From an uncultured Solirubrobacterales bacterium (lineage in GTDB: Bacteria > Actinomycetota > Thermoleophilia > Solirubrobacterales > Solirubrobacteraceae), in the NCBI GenBank assembly GCA_963757125.1, contig CAVWQP010000001.1, positions 1,942 to 65,941 of the forward strand: a DNA stretch of 64,000 nucleotides, read 5' to 3'. The translations under genes and the position numbers were made by a program. The first letter of the stretch is position 1; every line of letters starts with the position of its first letter. Below the pieces are notes generated by a model. The model saw only the letters and a program-made list of their open reading frames with translations. It was not told where the DNA came from and ran no database searches. Shown here piece by piece: positions 1-8,921 of the stretch.

Positions 1-619
1 CCGGGCGCTGGAACGCGAGGGCTACGCCGTCGACGGCGTCGCCGACGGTGAGGCCGCGTTGCTCACCGCAACCGGCGGCGACCACGACCTCATCATCGTC
101 GACGTCGGCCTGCCGGGCATGGACGGGCTCGAGGTCTGCCGACGGGTACGGCTCGAGCGACCCTCCGTGCCCATCCTGTTCCTGACCGCTCAGGACGGCG
201 AGCTGGACATCGTCGACGGCCTCGACGCCGGCGCGGACGACTACATCACCAAACCGTTCCGGGTCAGCGAGCTGCTCGCCCGCGTCCGTGCGCACCTTCG
301 CCGCGCCACCGCCGAGCAGCCCGAGCTCGACGCCGGAGACGTGCACATCGACGTCGCAGCGCGCCGCGCCTGGCGGGCAGGCGAGGAGCTCGAGCTCGCG
401 CCCAAGGAGTTCGACCTGCTCGCGCTCCTCGTGCGTGAGGCCGGGCGCGTGATCACGCGCGAGCGCATCATGGCCGAGGTGTGGGACGAGAACTGGTTCG
501 GCTCCACCAAGACGCTGGACATGCACGTCTCCTGGCTGCGCCGCAAGCTCGGCGAGGACGCGGCCGACCCGCGCCATCTGGTCACCGTCCGCGGCGTCGG
601 ACTGCGCTTCGAGCCATGA
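1..619 (+). CDS. OmpR/PhoB-family response regulator (5' partial, begins upstream of window)
   Basis: ORF 59..619 stays open in the same frame back to nt 2. Receiver motifs (LIIVDVGLPGMDG, DDYITKPF) and winged-helix output (KEFDLLALL, TLDMHVSWLRRKL, VRGVGLRF). Its stop overlaps the next start (ATGA at 616). Confidence 0.9.
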   Translation, partial: RALEREGYAVDGVADGEAALLTATGGDHDLIIVDVGLPGMDGLEVCRRVRLERPSVPILFLTAQDGELDIVDGLDAGADDYITKPFRVSELLARVRAHLRRATAEQPELDAGDVHIDVAARRAWRAGEELELAPKEFDLLALLVREAGRVITRERIMAEVWDENWFGSTKTLDMHVSWLRRKLGEDAADPRHLVTVRGVGLRFEP

Positions 620-1855
620 CCGTCCGCCGCCGCCTGACGACGTCGACCGCGCTCATCGCCCTGGCGGCGGTGCTCGTGCTGGGCATCCCGCTCGGCGCCG
701 TGGAGGCGGCGCGCGTCCGGTCCGAGCAGACCGGCCGGCTCGAACGTGAAGCCGATGCGGTCGCCAGCGTCATCGACGACCGGCTGGAGCACGGCGTCCC
801 ACTGACCTCCGCGCAGCTCGCACTCGCTCGTGCACCGCGGCCACCGCATCACGGTGAGCTCCGGTGGGCGCACCATCATCGCCGGCACGGTGCGCGGAGA
901 CCTCATCACGGTTCCCGCCGGCACGACCGGTGCCGCTGAGGGTAAGCGCGTCGGCCCCGCGCAGCGAGATCAACCGACGCGTCATGCGGTCCTGGCTGCT
1001 CATCGCCGCACTCGGCACTCGGGCGGCATCGGCGTGGCCATCGCGCTGGCTGCAATCCAGGCACGCCGACTGTCACAACCACTCGAGCGCGTTGCACGCA
1101 CCTCCGCGCAACTCGGACACGGCGACTTCTCGGTCCGCGCGCCGCGCTCAGGGGTCCCGGAGATCGACGCGATCGGTCAGGCGCTCGACGACAGCGCCGA
1201 GCGCATCGCCGACCTCGTCGCCCGTGAACGCGAGTTCTCGGCCAACGTCTCGCACCAGCTGCGCACCCCGCTCACCGCCTTGCGTCTGCGGCTCGAAGAG
1301 AGCGCGCGGGCCGACAACGAGCACGTCCTCCGCGACGACCTCGACGCCGCGCTCGTCGAAGCCGATCGGCTCGAGTCGATGATCGCCGACCTCCTCGCGC
1401 ACGCCCGCTCGACACGCCAGGCGGCGCTCACGCACGTCGACCTCGGCCGGGCCGTCCGCGAGCACGCAGCGGCATGGGCCGCGCTGTACGCGCGATCCGG
1501 ACGCACGATCCGGGTCCAAGGCGACCCGGACGCCAGCGCGCTCGCCTCACCCGGCACGATCGGACAGGTCATCGACGTCCTGCTCGACAACGCCCTCCGC
1601 CACGGCGCAGGCACCAGCACGATCGCCACGACACACACCGCGCGCTTCGCCACGATCAGCGTCGAGGACGAGGGACCTGGCGTGGACCCGGCCGCCGCGG
1701 ACACGATCTTCGACCGCGGGGCCACGAACGGCGCTGGGACCGGCATCGGCCTCCACCTCGCCCGGACGCTGGCCAGAGGCGACGGAGGCAGCCTTCGCCT
1801 CGTCACCGGCGCGCCCGCGCGCTTCGAGCTCCGTCTCCGGCGGGCCGACTCCTGA
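616..1855 (+). pseudogene. Sensor histidine kinase with a broken reading frame (about three frame changes in the extracytoplasmic/TM2 part)
   Basis: ATG 616 gives TM1 (TALIALAAVLVLGIPLG) in a frame that stops at 939. The HAMP-HisKA-HATPase part (FSANVSHQLRTPLT, LDNALRHG, GTGIGLHLAR) is in the frame of ORF 830..1855. The only good TM2 (WLLIAALGT + GGIGVAIALAAIQARRL) needs the third frame (ORF 864..) and then a switch back near 1018. Confidence 0.65.
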
Positions 1856-2034
1856 CGCAGCGCGACGCCGATGCGGCGTATCGGTCCGAGGCGGCGAAGA
1901 GGCCGTGCTGGTAGAGGGCGGATTCGCATCGGCGTCTCGTCGGTGTGTCAGGTCCTTGTCATGTCTGTCGTGGATGCTCCCGGGATGAGCACATTCGGAC
2001 GCGCACGTGTGCTCGTCACCGTCGAGGGCTCTCC

Positions 2035-2258
2035 TCACCGCCTGGTCCCGCGTGCGCCCGAAGAGCCGGATTGTCCCCGCATCGGCACGGATGAGCTCGG
2101 AACAGCATCCGCAGGAACGTCGTCTTGCCGGCGCCGTTGGGGCCAAGAACCCCGTACACCTCGCCCTGGGCGACCTGCAAGGTGATCGCGTCCACCGCGA
2201 CCAGATCGCCATACCGCTTGGTCACCTCGACGGCGTCGACGGCAAGGATCTCGCTCAT
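2035..2258 (-). pseudogene. ABC transporter ATP-binding protein, N-terminal stub (Walker A region only), frameshifted and truncated
   Basis: [52 protein letters not shown] is in one frame (end of ORF 2016..2711). ELIRADAGTIRLFGRTRDQ continues in another frame (ORF 1547..2212). There is no Q-loop, signature or Walker B before the convergent kinase gene end at 1855. Confidence 0.65.
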
Positions 2259-2365
2259 GCGCCGGGACCGTACGTCTGGTACATGAACCGTGGGTGACAC
2301 GCCGTCGGGCGTCCCGAGCAGGTCGCCATGCCGCGTCCTGGCTGGGGGGCGCCCGGCCGTGTGGC

Positions 2366-3096
2366 CTAGTGGCGATGCTCGTGACTGCGGACGGTTCGCC
2401 AGGACTGCCAGGTGATGCGCAGGATCACGAAGGTGATGGCGAGGCCGATGAGCGGGTCGGCGATCGGGACGCCGATCGCGACGACGGCGGCGGAGGCGAT
2501 GACGGCGAGCGAGACGTAGGAGTCGGCGCGGGCGTGCGCGCCGTCGGCGATCAGCGCGGGGCTGTCGAGCCGCCGGCCGGCGCGGTTGCGGATGACCGCG
2601 GCGATCCAGTTGCCGACGAACCCGATCGCACCGCCGGCCGCCAGCGCGCCGAGGCGGGTCACGTCGGCGGGCTCGATCAGGCGATGCACCGCTTCGAAGC
2701 CGGCGACGCACGCGCTACGAAGATCGCCAGGACGACGGCGAGCCCGGCCCAACGCTCGGCGCGCGCGCTGCGCAGCGCGAAGGCGATGCCCAGCGGGATG
2801 GCGGTCGCAGCGTCACCGGCGTTGTGGATGAGGTCCGCCAGAAGCGCGACACTGCCCGAGATCGCGAAGAAGGCGACCTGCGCTACGGCGGTGAGCCCGA
2901 GCACCACGAGTGCGAGCGCGACGGCACGCACCCCTTCCCGGGAGCGCTTGATCGACTCGTCGACGAAGCCGTGGGAGTGACCATGGCCACGGCGGCCGCT
3001 GTCGTCGTGCGCGCCACGATCGCCGTGGTCGTGGCGCGGCGGTTCACCCGCGGCGTCGAATTGGTGGCGTGCGGGAGCGTGCGAGTGGCTGGGCAT
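2366..3096 (-). pseudogene. Cation diffusion facilitator (CDF) metal efflux protein with a 1-nt frameshift near 2712
   Basis: The His-rich N-terminus and TM1-2 (SGSVALLADLIHNAGDAATAIPLGIAF...AGLAVVLAIFV) are in the frame of ORF 2677..3507. The continuation SACVAGFEAVHRLIEP...ALIADGAHARADSYVSLAVIASA is in ORF 2366..2752. At the junction, TTC GT-AGC lacks one base. Confidence 0.75.
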
Positions 3097-3124
3097 GGAA
3101 CGTGCCTCGGAGAGGATTGGCGGA

Positions 3125-3500
3125 TCAGGCGGTGGCGTGCTCGGCCGTCTGCTGACGACCGGCGAGGCCGAGGCGTACGTGCTCGACGTGGGAGACGACC
3201 TGTTCGAGCAGGTCGGCGACGTGGTCGTCGTAGAGCTCGTAGACGACTTGGCGGCCGTCGCGCTGACCGGTGACCAGGCCAAGGTGGCGAAGCAGCCGGA
3301 GCTGGTGTCAGACCGCGGACTTCTCCACACCGATCGCGGCGGCGATCTCGTTGACCGATGCCGCGCCGGTGTGCAACCGGGCGAGGATGCGCTAGCCGGC
3401 TCGGCGCGGCCAGTGCTTGGATGCTCTCGGCGGCGCTGCGCGCGAACGCCGCGTCGTCGAGCAGCCGGTTGGTGTCCTCGTGTTCGCCGCCGGGCGCCAT
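3125..3500 (-). pseudogene. ArsR/SmtB-family metalloregulator with one frameshift (~3392) and an in-frame TGA (3308..3310)
   Basis: MAPGGEHEDTNRLLDDAAFARSAAESIQALAAPSRL is followed by a +1 shift to RILARLHTGAASVNEIAAAIGVEKSAV. A TGA then sits where the conserved Ser of the VSHQL motif should be. The gene continues HQLRLLRHLGLVTGQRDGRQVVYELYDDHVADLLEQV. It lies 29 nt upstream of the CDF gene. Confidence 0.75.
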
Positions 3501-3627
3501 GCACCACGATGATCGTTGAAGAATTGCTCAGCTATTCCATCGCTCAGGTTGTCGGGTTACGGCACTCGAGAGCGGGTAGACGCCACCACGCCGAAGTCGC
3601 AGTTGAACGACACATTGGAGGAACACC

Positions 3628-3726
3628 TTGCCGCTCGCCATCGCCGGGACGGGATACGGAATCATCGGGATTCTCGTCATCATCCTTTTGATCGTCCTCA
3701 TCTTCTACTTCCTGCGCCGCGCCTAG
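3628..3726 (+). CDS. 32-aa hydrophobic small membrane peptide (hypothetical)
   Basis: A TTG start sits 5 nt after GGAGGA (3617..3622), and the frame opens only at 3607 (TGA at 3604). Translation is (M)PLAIAGTGYGIIGILVIILLIVLIFYFLRRA, ending at TAG 3724..3726. It is too short for the supplied ORF track. Confidence 0.4.
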   Translation: MPLAIAGTGYGIIGILVIILLIVLIFYFLRRA

Positions 3727-3849
3727 CAGTCGCTTCGGCCGACACGACGATTGCCGCTGCTGCGATAACCAACCGCCTCGGTGCTCTTCAGAGGCGCGCG
3801 CTTCCATCGACAGTTCCGCGGAGATAGCGACCAATCCCGTCCCATGAGA

Positions 3850-3874
3850 GAAGCCCCGTCGGAGCAGGGGCTTC
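3850..3874 (-). terminator. GC hairpin (8-bp stem gaagcccc/ggggcttc, 9-nt loop) directly 3' of the tRNA fragment
   Basis: Perfect inverted repeat read in the sequence. On the minus strand it follows the tRNA-like 3' end and precedes TCTCTCAT. Confidence 0.4.
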
Positions 3875-3877
3875 TGA

Positions 3878-3908
3878 GGTGGGCGCGGCGGGCTTCGAAC
3901 CTGCGACC
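3878..3908 (-). other. Orphan 3'-terminal tRNA fragment (T-arm plus acceptor 3' strand), no 5' half
   Basis: The minus strand reads GGTC GCAGG TTCGAAG CCCGC CGCGCCC ACC. No matching 5' acceptor strand (GGGCGCG) or canonical anticodon arm lies within the next 80 nt. This explains the GFEPAT translation of spurious ORF 3879..4247. Confidence 0.5.
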
Positions 3909-4292
3909 TCTCCCGATTGGCGAGCCCTCGACGTATCTGAGTTTCTGGTGCACCTGCTGCCGCTGGGCTTCGTTGGGTCGATCCTTGGCCCAGGTCGAAG
4001 ACGCGACTGCAGCACCGGGCCAGTGAGCGTGGCAGGCGCGGGCCTGGGCGACCGCTCGCCGGCGAGCCTCGGCCTCGCCCGCATCGGCGAAGTCACGGGC
4101 GACCCGCGCCCGATCGGCCGACCGACGGCCGAGCTGCAAGACAGTGCTCCGTTGCGAACTCGGAAGCGCGAGTGTGTGAATCGTCTGCGGTACGGAGAGC
4201 AGGATGATCCGTTGCGCGGAAACCGGGCTAGGTGGTCCCCTCTCTGATCAGGAGGCCTCGGCCTGACGCACCCGCTTGCGCAACGCCTCCGG

Positions 4293-5552
<1,260 letters not shown>

Positions 5553-5585
5553 GCGCGGAGTGATCGTAGCGCCGGAGCGGCGACG

Positions 5586-5783
5586 TCAGCGCCGGGACTG
5601 CACCCAGTACACCAGCGTCCCCAGCGCCTCGCCCGCGAGCGCCATCACGATCAGCGCCCACGCCACGTAGAACACGACGCCGTGGACGTCCACGACGAGC
5701 AGCAGGACCAGGCCGGTGATCACCATCGTCGCCCGGACGAGGAACTGCCAGGGCGGCGCCGGGCGACCGCCCCGTCCTGGCAC
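5586..5783 (-). CDS. Small two-TM membrane protein (hypothetical)
   Basis: 65-aa ORF with hydrophobic stretches VITGLVLLLVVDV and VAWALIVMALAG. The start is uncertain (5783 or 5726). Confidence 0.5.
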   Translation of the reverse strand: MPGRGGRPAPPWQFLVRATMVITGLVLLLVVDVHGVVFYVAWALIVMALAGEALGTLVYWVQSRR

Positions 5784-5859
5784 GTCAGGCCCCGCGGGCG
5801 TCGTGGTGGGGATCGGACGCGGCGATGCCCCAACCTAGCGCGCGTATACCGTCCCGCCC

Positions 5860-6360
5860 GTGGCCAGCCTCAACCCCGCGCTCGACGCCGCGCAGCACTG
5901 CCTGAAGTGCGGCAGCCCGATCACGAAGGACCCGCCGCGGTCGCTGCGGTGCGAGAGCTGTGGTTTCGTCCTCTTCTTCAACCCCAAGCCGGTGGCGGCG
6001 GCGATCCCGTTCACGCCGGCCGGCGAGATCGTGCTGCTGCGCAGAGGGTTCGATCCGGGACAGGGGCTGTGGACCTTCCCCGGTGGCTTCATCGACCTCG
6101 GCGAGTCCACCGAGGAGGCGGCGCGTAGGGAGACGATGGAGGAGATCCAGCTCGACGTGACGATCGACGGGCTCGTCGGCGTCTACTCGCGCGCGACCGA
6201 CCGCGTGATGCTCGTCGTCTACCGCGCGACCACGAACGGCGACGCCCCGCAGCCCACCGACGAGGCCCCCACGATCGAGGCGTTCGCCGCGGACCGGCTC
6301 CCGTGGGACGAGATGGCATTCTGGTCCACCGAAGCGGCGCTGCGGGACGTGCTCACGTGA
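5860..6360 (+). CDS. NUDIX hydrolase with N-terminal zinc ribbon
   Basis: Nudix box GGFIDLGESTEEAARRETMEEIQL, with CLKCGS...CESCGF upstream. Confidence 0.9.
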   Translation: MASLNPALDAAQHCLKCGSPITKDPPRSLRCESCGFVLFFNPKPVAAAIPFTPAGEIVLLRRGFDPGQGLWTFPGGFIDLGESTEEAARRETMEEIQLDVTIDGLVGVYSRATDRVMLVVYRATTNGDAPQPTDEAPTIEAFAADRLPWDEMAFWSTEAALRDVLT

Positions 6361-6860
6361 CTCCTGAGACCATCACGAACCCCGGCTCCGGCCAGGTCAT
6401 CCGCATCATCAGCGAGACGCCCGAGCTGCTGGTGATGGAGTCCGACTACCCCGCCGGCTGCCCGAGCCCGCCACCCCACCTGCACCCGCTCCAGGACGAG
6501 CACTTCGAGGTCCTCAGCGGCGTCGTCCACACGGTCGCGAACGGACGGTCAAAGGTCCTCGCCGAGGGCGACACCCTCGACATCCCGCGGGGCACGGTCC
6601 ACGAGTTCGGCGGCATGCCCGAGGAGGCCGGGACGGTCCGGTGGGAGGTCCGGCCGGCGCTGCAGACGGCGGACTTCCTGCGCACGGTGAACAAGTGGTC
6701 GGACCCGACGACCGGGCGCCCGAGCCAGCTGCAGGCGATCCTCACGGCGCGCGAGTTCTCCAAGGAGTTCCGCCTCGCCGAGCCGAGCCGCGCCGTGCAG
6801 GTCTTCCTCTTCACCCTGCTCGCGCCGATCGCGCGCCTGAAGGGCCTCAAACCGCGATAG
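6357..6860 (+). CDS. Cupin domain protein
   Basis: GTG 6357 overlaps the Nudix stop (GTGA). Cupin-type motifs HLHPLQDEHFEVLSG and IPRGTVHEF. Confidence 0.8.
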   Translation: MTPETITNPGSGQVIRIISETPELLVMESDYPAGCPSPPPHLHPLQDEHFEVLSGVVHTVANGRSKVLAEGDTLDIPRGTVHEFGGMPEEAGTVRWEVRPALQTADFLRTVNKWSDPTTGRPSQLQAILTAREFSKEFRLAEPSRAVQVFLFTLLAPIARLKGLKPR

Positions 6861-6934
6861 GCGGGTTGCCCATCTTCGAAGTGTGGCCACCCCCACTGTG
6901 GCCCCGCCACGCGAGGTTCAGAGTCGGTCGAGCC

Positions 6935-7147
6935 ATGACGACGACGACCGCAACCGAACTCCGACTCCACCTGGACAGCCTGCTCGCCGAGCGCGCCTTC
7001 GCACGCATCGAGGGCCTCGCCGACAACGCCCTGTACATGGACCACCTCGACGAGGACATCACCGCGTCCCGCGCCGCCTACGTCGGGACGGCGGTGACCG
7101 AGATCGCGACGCTCCGCGGCGAGCTCGGCGCCCGCAATCAGGGCTAG
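6935..7147 (+). CDS. Hypothetical 70-aa protein
   Basis: ATG 6935 lies within ORF 6641..7147. The codons are strongly GC3-biased. I recognise no family. Confidence 0.5.
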   Translation: MTTTTATELRLHLDSLLAERAFARIEGLADNALYMDHLDEDITASRAAYVGTAVTEIATLRGELGARNQG

Positions 7148-7527
7148 CTCGCCGGCGGGTCCCCGCCGACCTCCCGCGCGGTCCCGTGCGGGTTGTCGAT
7201 CACGCACTTCCACGAGCCGTCGGGCTGCAGCTGCGCGACATCCGTCGCCGTCCCAGCGAACCCGACGGCCGGGATGACCCAGTCGACGATCAGCAGCGCG
7301 ACGTCGCCCGAGCGCATCACGCGGCGCACGGTCACGTCCATCTCGTGGCCGAGCGCGACGAGCTGACCGATCGACGGCTCCACGCCCTCGCCCCAGACGA
7401 CCTCGCCGGGCAGGGGCGCGTAGGTCGCCGAGGGCGCGTAGTAGTCGGCCATCAGGCCGGCGACGTCGCCCGCGTTGAAGTGCCGCTCGAAGACGAGCGG
7501 CAGCTCGTCGGGTGTCGTCGCTTGCAT
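7144..7527 (-). CDS. SnoaL-like / NTF2-fold protein
   Basis: 127-aa ORF with the typical N-terminus FERHFNAGDVAGLMADYY and the size of the DUF4440/SnoaL fold. Confidence 0.7.
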   Translation of the reverse strand: MQATTPDELPLVFERHFNAGDVAGLMADYYAPSATYAPLPGEVVWGEGVEPSIGQLVALGHEMDVTVRRVMRSGDVALLIVDWVIPAVGFAGTATDVAQLQPDGSWKCVIDNPHGTAREVGGDPPAS

Positions 7528-7537
7528 GTGCGGGAAT

Positions 7538-7990
7538 CTAACCCGCGTTCGCGACCTCCACCTGCCCCTTCGCAGTGACGGTCGTGATCGGGATGCCGAG
7601 CACCGTCAGCCGGCGCGGCAGGTCGAGTCGCAGCCAGCGCGACACCCGCGGCGACAGCGTCGAGATGATGAGCTCGTCGAAGCCGCGGATGTTCACCGCG
7701 TCCTGGACCGCGAGGAACGGGTCGGGATCGCCGACCAGCCCCTCCACCGGGCCACCGGCGACCTCCTCGAGCAGCGGGACGGCGAGGTCCAACGAGGCCT
7801 GCGCCTCCGACGTGGATGCAGCGTCCTCCGGATCGGCGAGACGGTCCAGGCCGTGGGTGGCGGCCGGGACGAGCAGCGTGAACGTGGCGTTCCCGACGGC
7901 GGCGCGTGCGCGAACCGCCTCCAGCAGCGCAGGCGTGGCAGCCGTCCGGTTGGCGACGACGAGGACACGGGCGGGATCGGACGAGGGCAT
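7538..7990 (-). CDS. USP-like alpha/beta protein (hypothetical), paralog 1
   Basis: RVLVVANRTAATPALLEAV...FTLLVPA...DELIISTLSPRVSRWLRLDLPRRL. It shares architecture with the next gene. Confidence 0.65.
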   Translation of the reverse strand: MPSSDPARVLVVANRTAATPALLEAVRARAAVGNATFTLLVPAATHGLDRLADPEDAASTSEAQASLDLAVPLLEEVAGGPVEGLVGDPDPFLAVQDAVNIRGFDELIISTLSPRVSRWLRLDLPRRLTVLGIPITTVTAKGQVEVANAG

Positions 7991-8034
7991 AGCGGTGCCT
8001 CCTTCCAGGTTGTCCCGACTGATTGTGGCAATCC

Positions 8035-8481
8035 CTACGAGCGAGGTACAGCCGGGACGTCTGTGCTCTCGACGCTCGTGACCGGAAGCCCGAGGTGCTC
8101 GAGGCGCCGCGCGAGGTCCACGCGCAGCAGCCGGGACACCCGACGGGTCGACGGCGAGCTCACGATGACCTCGTCGATGTCGTGGAAGTTGATCGCGTCG
8201 CTGACGGCCGCGACGGGGTCGTGGCCGCCGATGAGGATCTCGATCGACCCCCGCGCGGCACCGCGCAGCGCGGGCAGCGCCATGCGCAGCAGCATCCGCG
8301 TCCCGGGGTCCTCGACGTCGTCGGGCCCGTCGACGGCGACCACCCCGGAGGACCCGCCCGGCACGAGCAGGACGAAGTGCGCCGGCCCGCGCAGCGTCCG
8401 CTCACGCACCGTGAGCATGAGCGCCGCGGAGGGCGATGCACGGTGCGCGACGACGAGGACGCGGGTGGGAGGATCATCCAT
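8035..8481 (-). CDS. USP-like alpha/beta protein (hypothetical), paralog 2
   Basis: The ATG at 8481 within ORF 8035..8955 gives MDDPPTRVLVVAHRASPSAALM...FVLLVPG...DEVIVSSPSTRRVSRLLRVDLARRL, collinear with 7538..7990. Confidence 0.65.
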   Translation of the reverse strand: MDDPPTRVLVVAHRASPSAALMLTVRERTLRGPAHFVLLVPGGSSGVVAVDGPDDVEDPGTRMLLRMALPALRGAARGSIEILIGGHDPVAAVSDAINFHDIDEVIVSSPSTRRVSRLLRVDLARRLEHLGLPVTSVESTDVPAVPRS

Positions 8482-8536
8482 GTCCCACCAGTCTCCGCCC
8501 CCGCGGCTCTTGCGGCAAGCCGTACAAGAAGATGTT

Positions 8537-8580
8537 GCGCCGACCCCCCTGTGTCGAGGAGGGCATCGGGGGGTCGGCGC
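8537..8580 (+). promoter_or_regulatory. Perfect 13-bp GC stem hairpin (18-nt loop) inside a ~440-nt leader
   Basis: gcgccgacccccc (8537..8549) pairs perfectly with ggggggtcggcgc (8568..8580). No coding ORF with sensible composition lies in 8482..8921. Confidence 0.4.
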
Positions 8581-8921
8581 AAAACGACCTTCGACCCGCG
8601 GAGGAGGACGGGTTCGGGTCGCAGATGGAGTCACCGGATCGAGGTGACCCTTGCGCCGCGAACTACCCGCCGGATCCGCAGACGAACCGGTCTCATCGCC
8701 ATGCGCAGGTTCTTGGCGCAAAAGCTCTATATCGGTGCAGGAACCTCGGCGGTTCGGGCCTCGCAGACGTGCAGAACCTGCGTCGGCGCTGGGAGCGTCC
8801 CTGCAGGACGGGGACCGCGACGTTGGCGCGGACCCGCTCGCGTCACGACTCGAGGCCCTCCTGCATGTTGCTACCCAGGCTGCCGACGGGCAGACCGCTA
8901 GCGTCCGCCCCCTCCGTCCGC

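Noticed and set aside
3501-3560. ArsR operator (inverted repeat GAAT-N9-ATTC) in the AT-richer region upstream of the ArsR gene
   Set aside because: Only 4-5 bp per arm match, far weaker than the 12-2-12 type sites known for ArsR/SmtB regulators, and the regulator itself is a pseudogene.
3878-3908. tRNA 3' fragment as the second att repeat of an element integrated in tRNA-Thr
   Set aside because: Its T-arm and acceptor sequence (GCAGGTTCGAAGCCCGC CGCGCCC) differs from the tRNA-Thr 3' end (ATCGGTTCGAGTCCGAT AGAGGGC). It derives from a different tRNA and cannot be the matching direct repeat.
3879-4247. 122-aa ORF beginning MGAAGFEPATSP
   Set aside because: GFEPAT is the classic antisense translation of a tRNA T-arm. 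The ORF starts inside the tRNA 3' fragment and has no coding-like composition.
8600-8830. Confident call of a ydaO-class c-di-AMP riboswitch upstream of the Rpf-like gene
   Set aside because: Only partial motif resemblances are present, and their order does not follow the consensus as I remember it. Without a covariance-model search this stays a hypothesis (see findings) and is not a feature.
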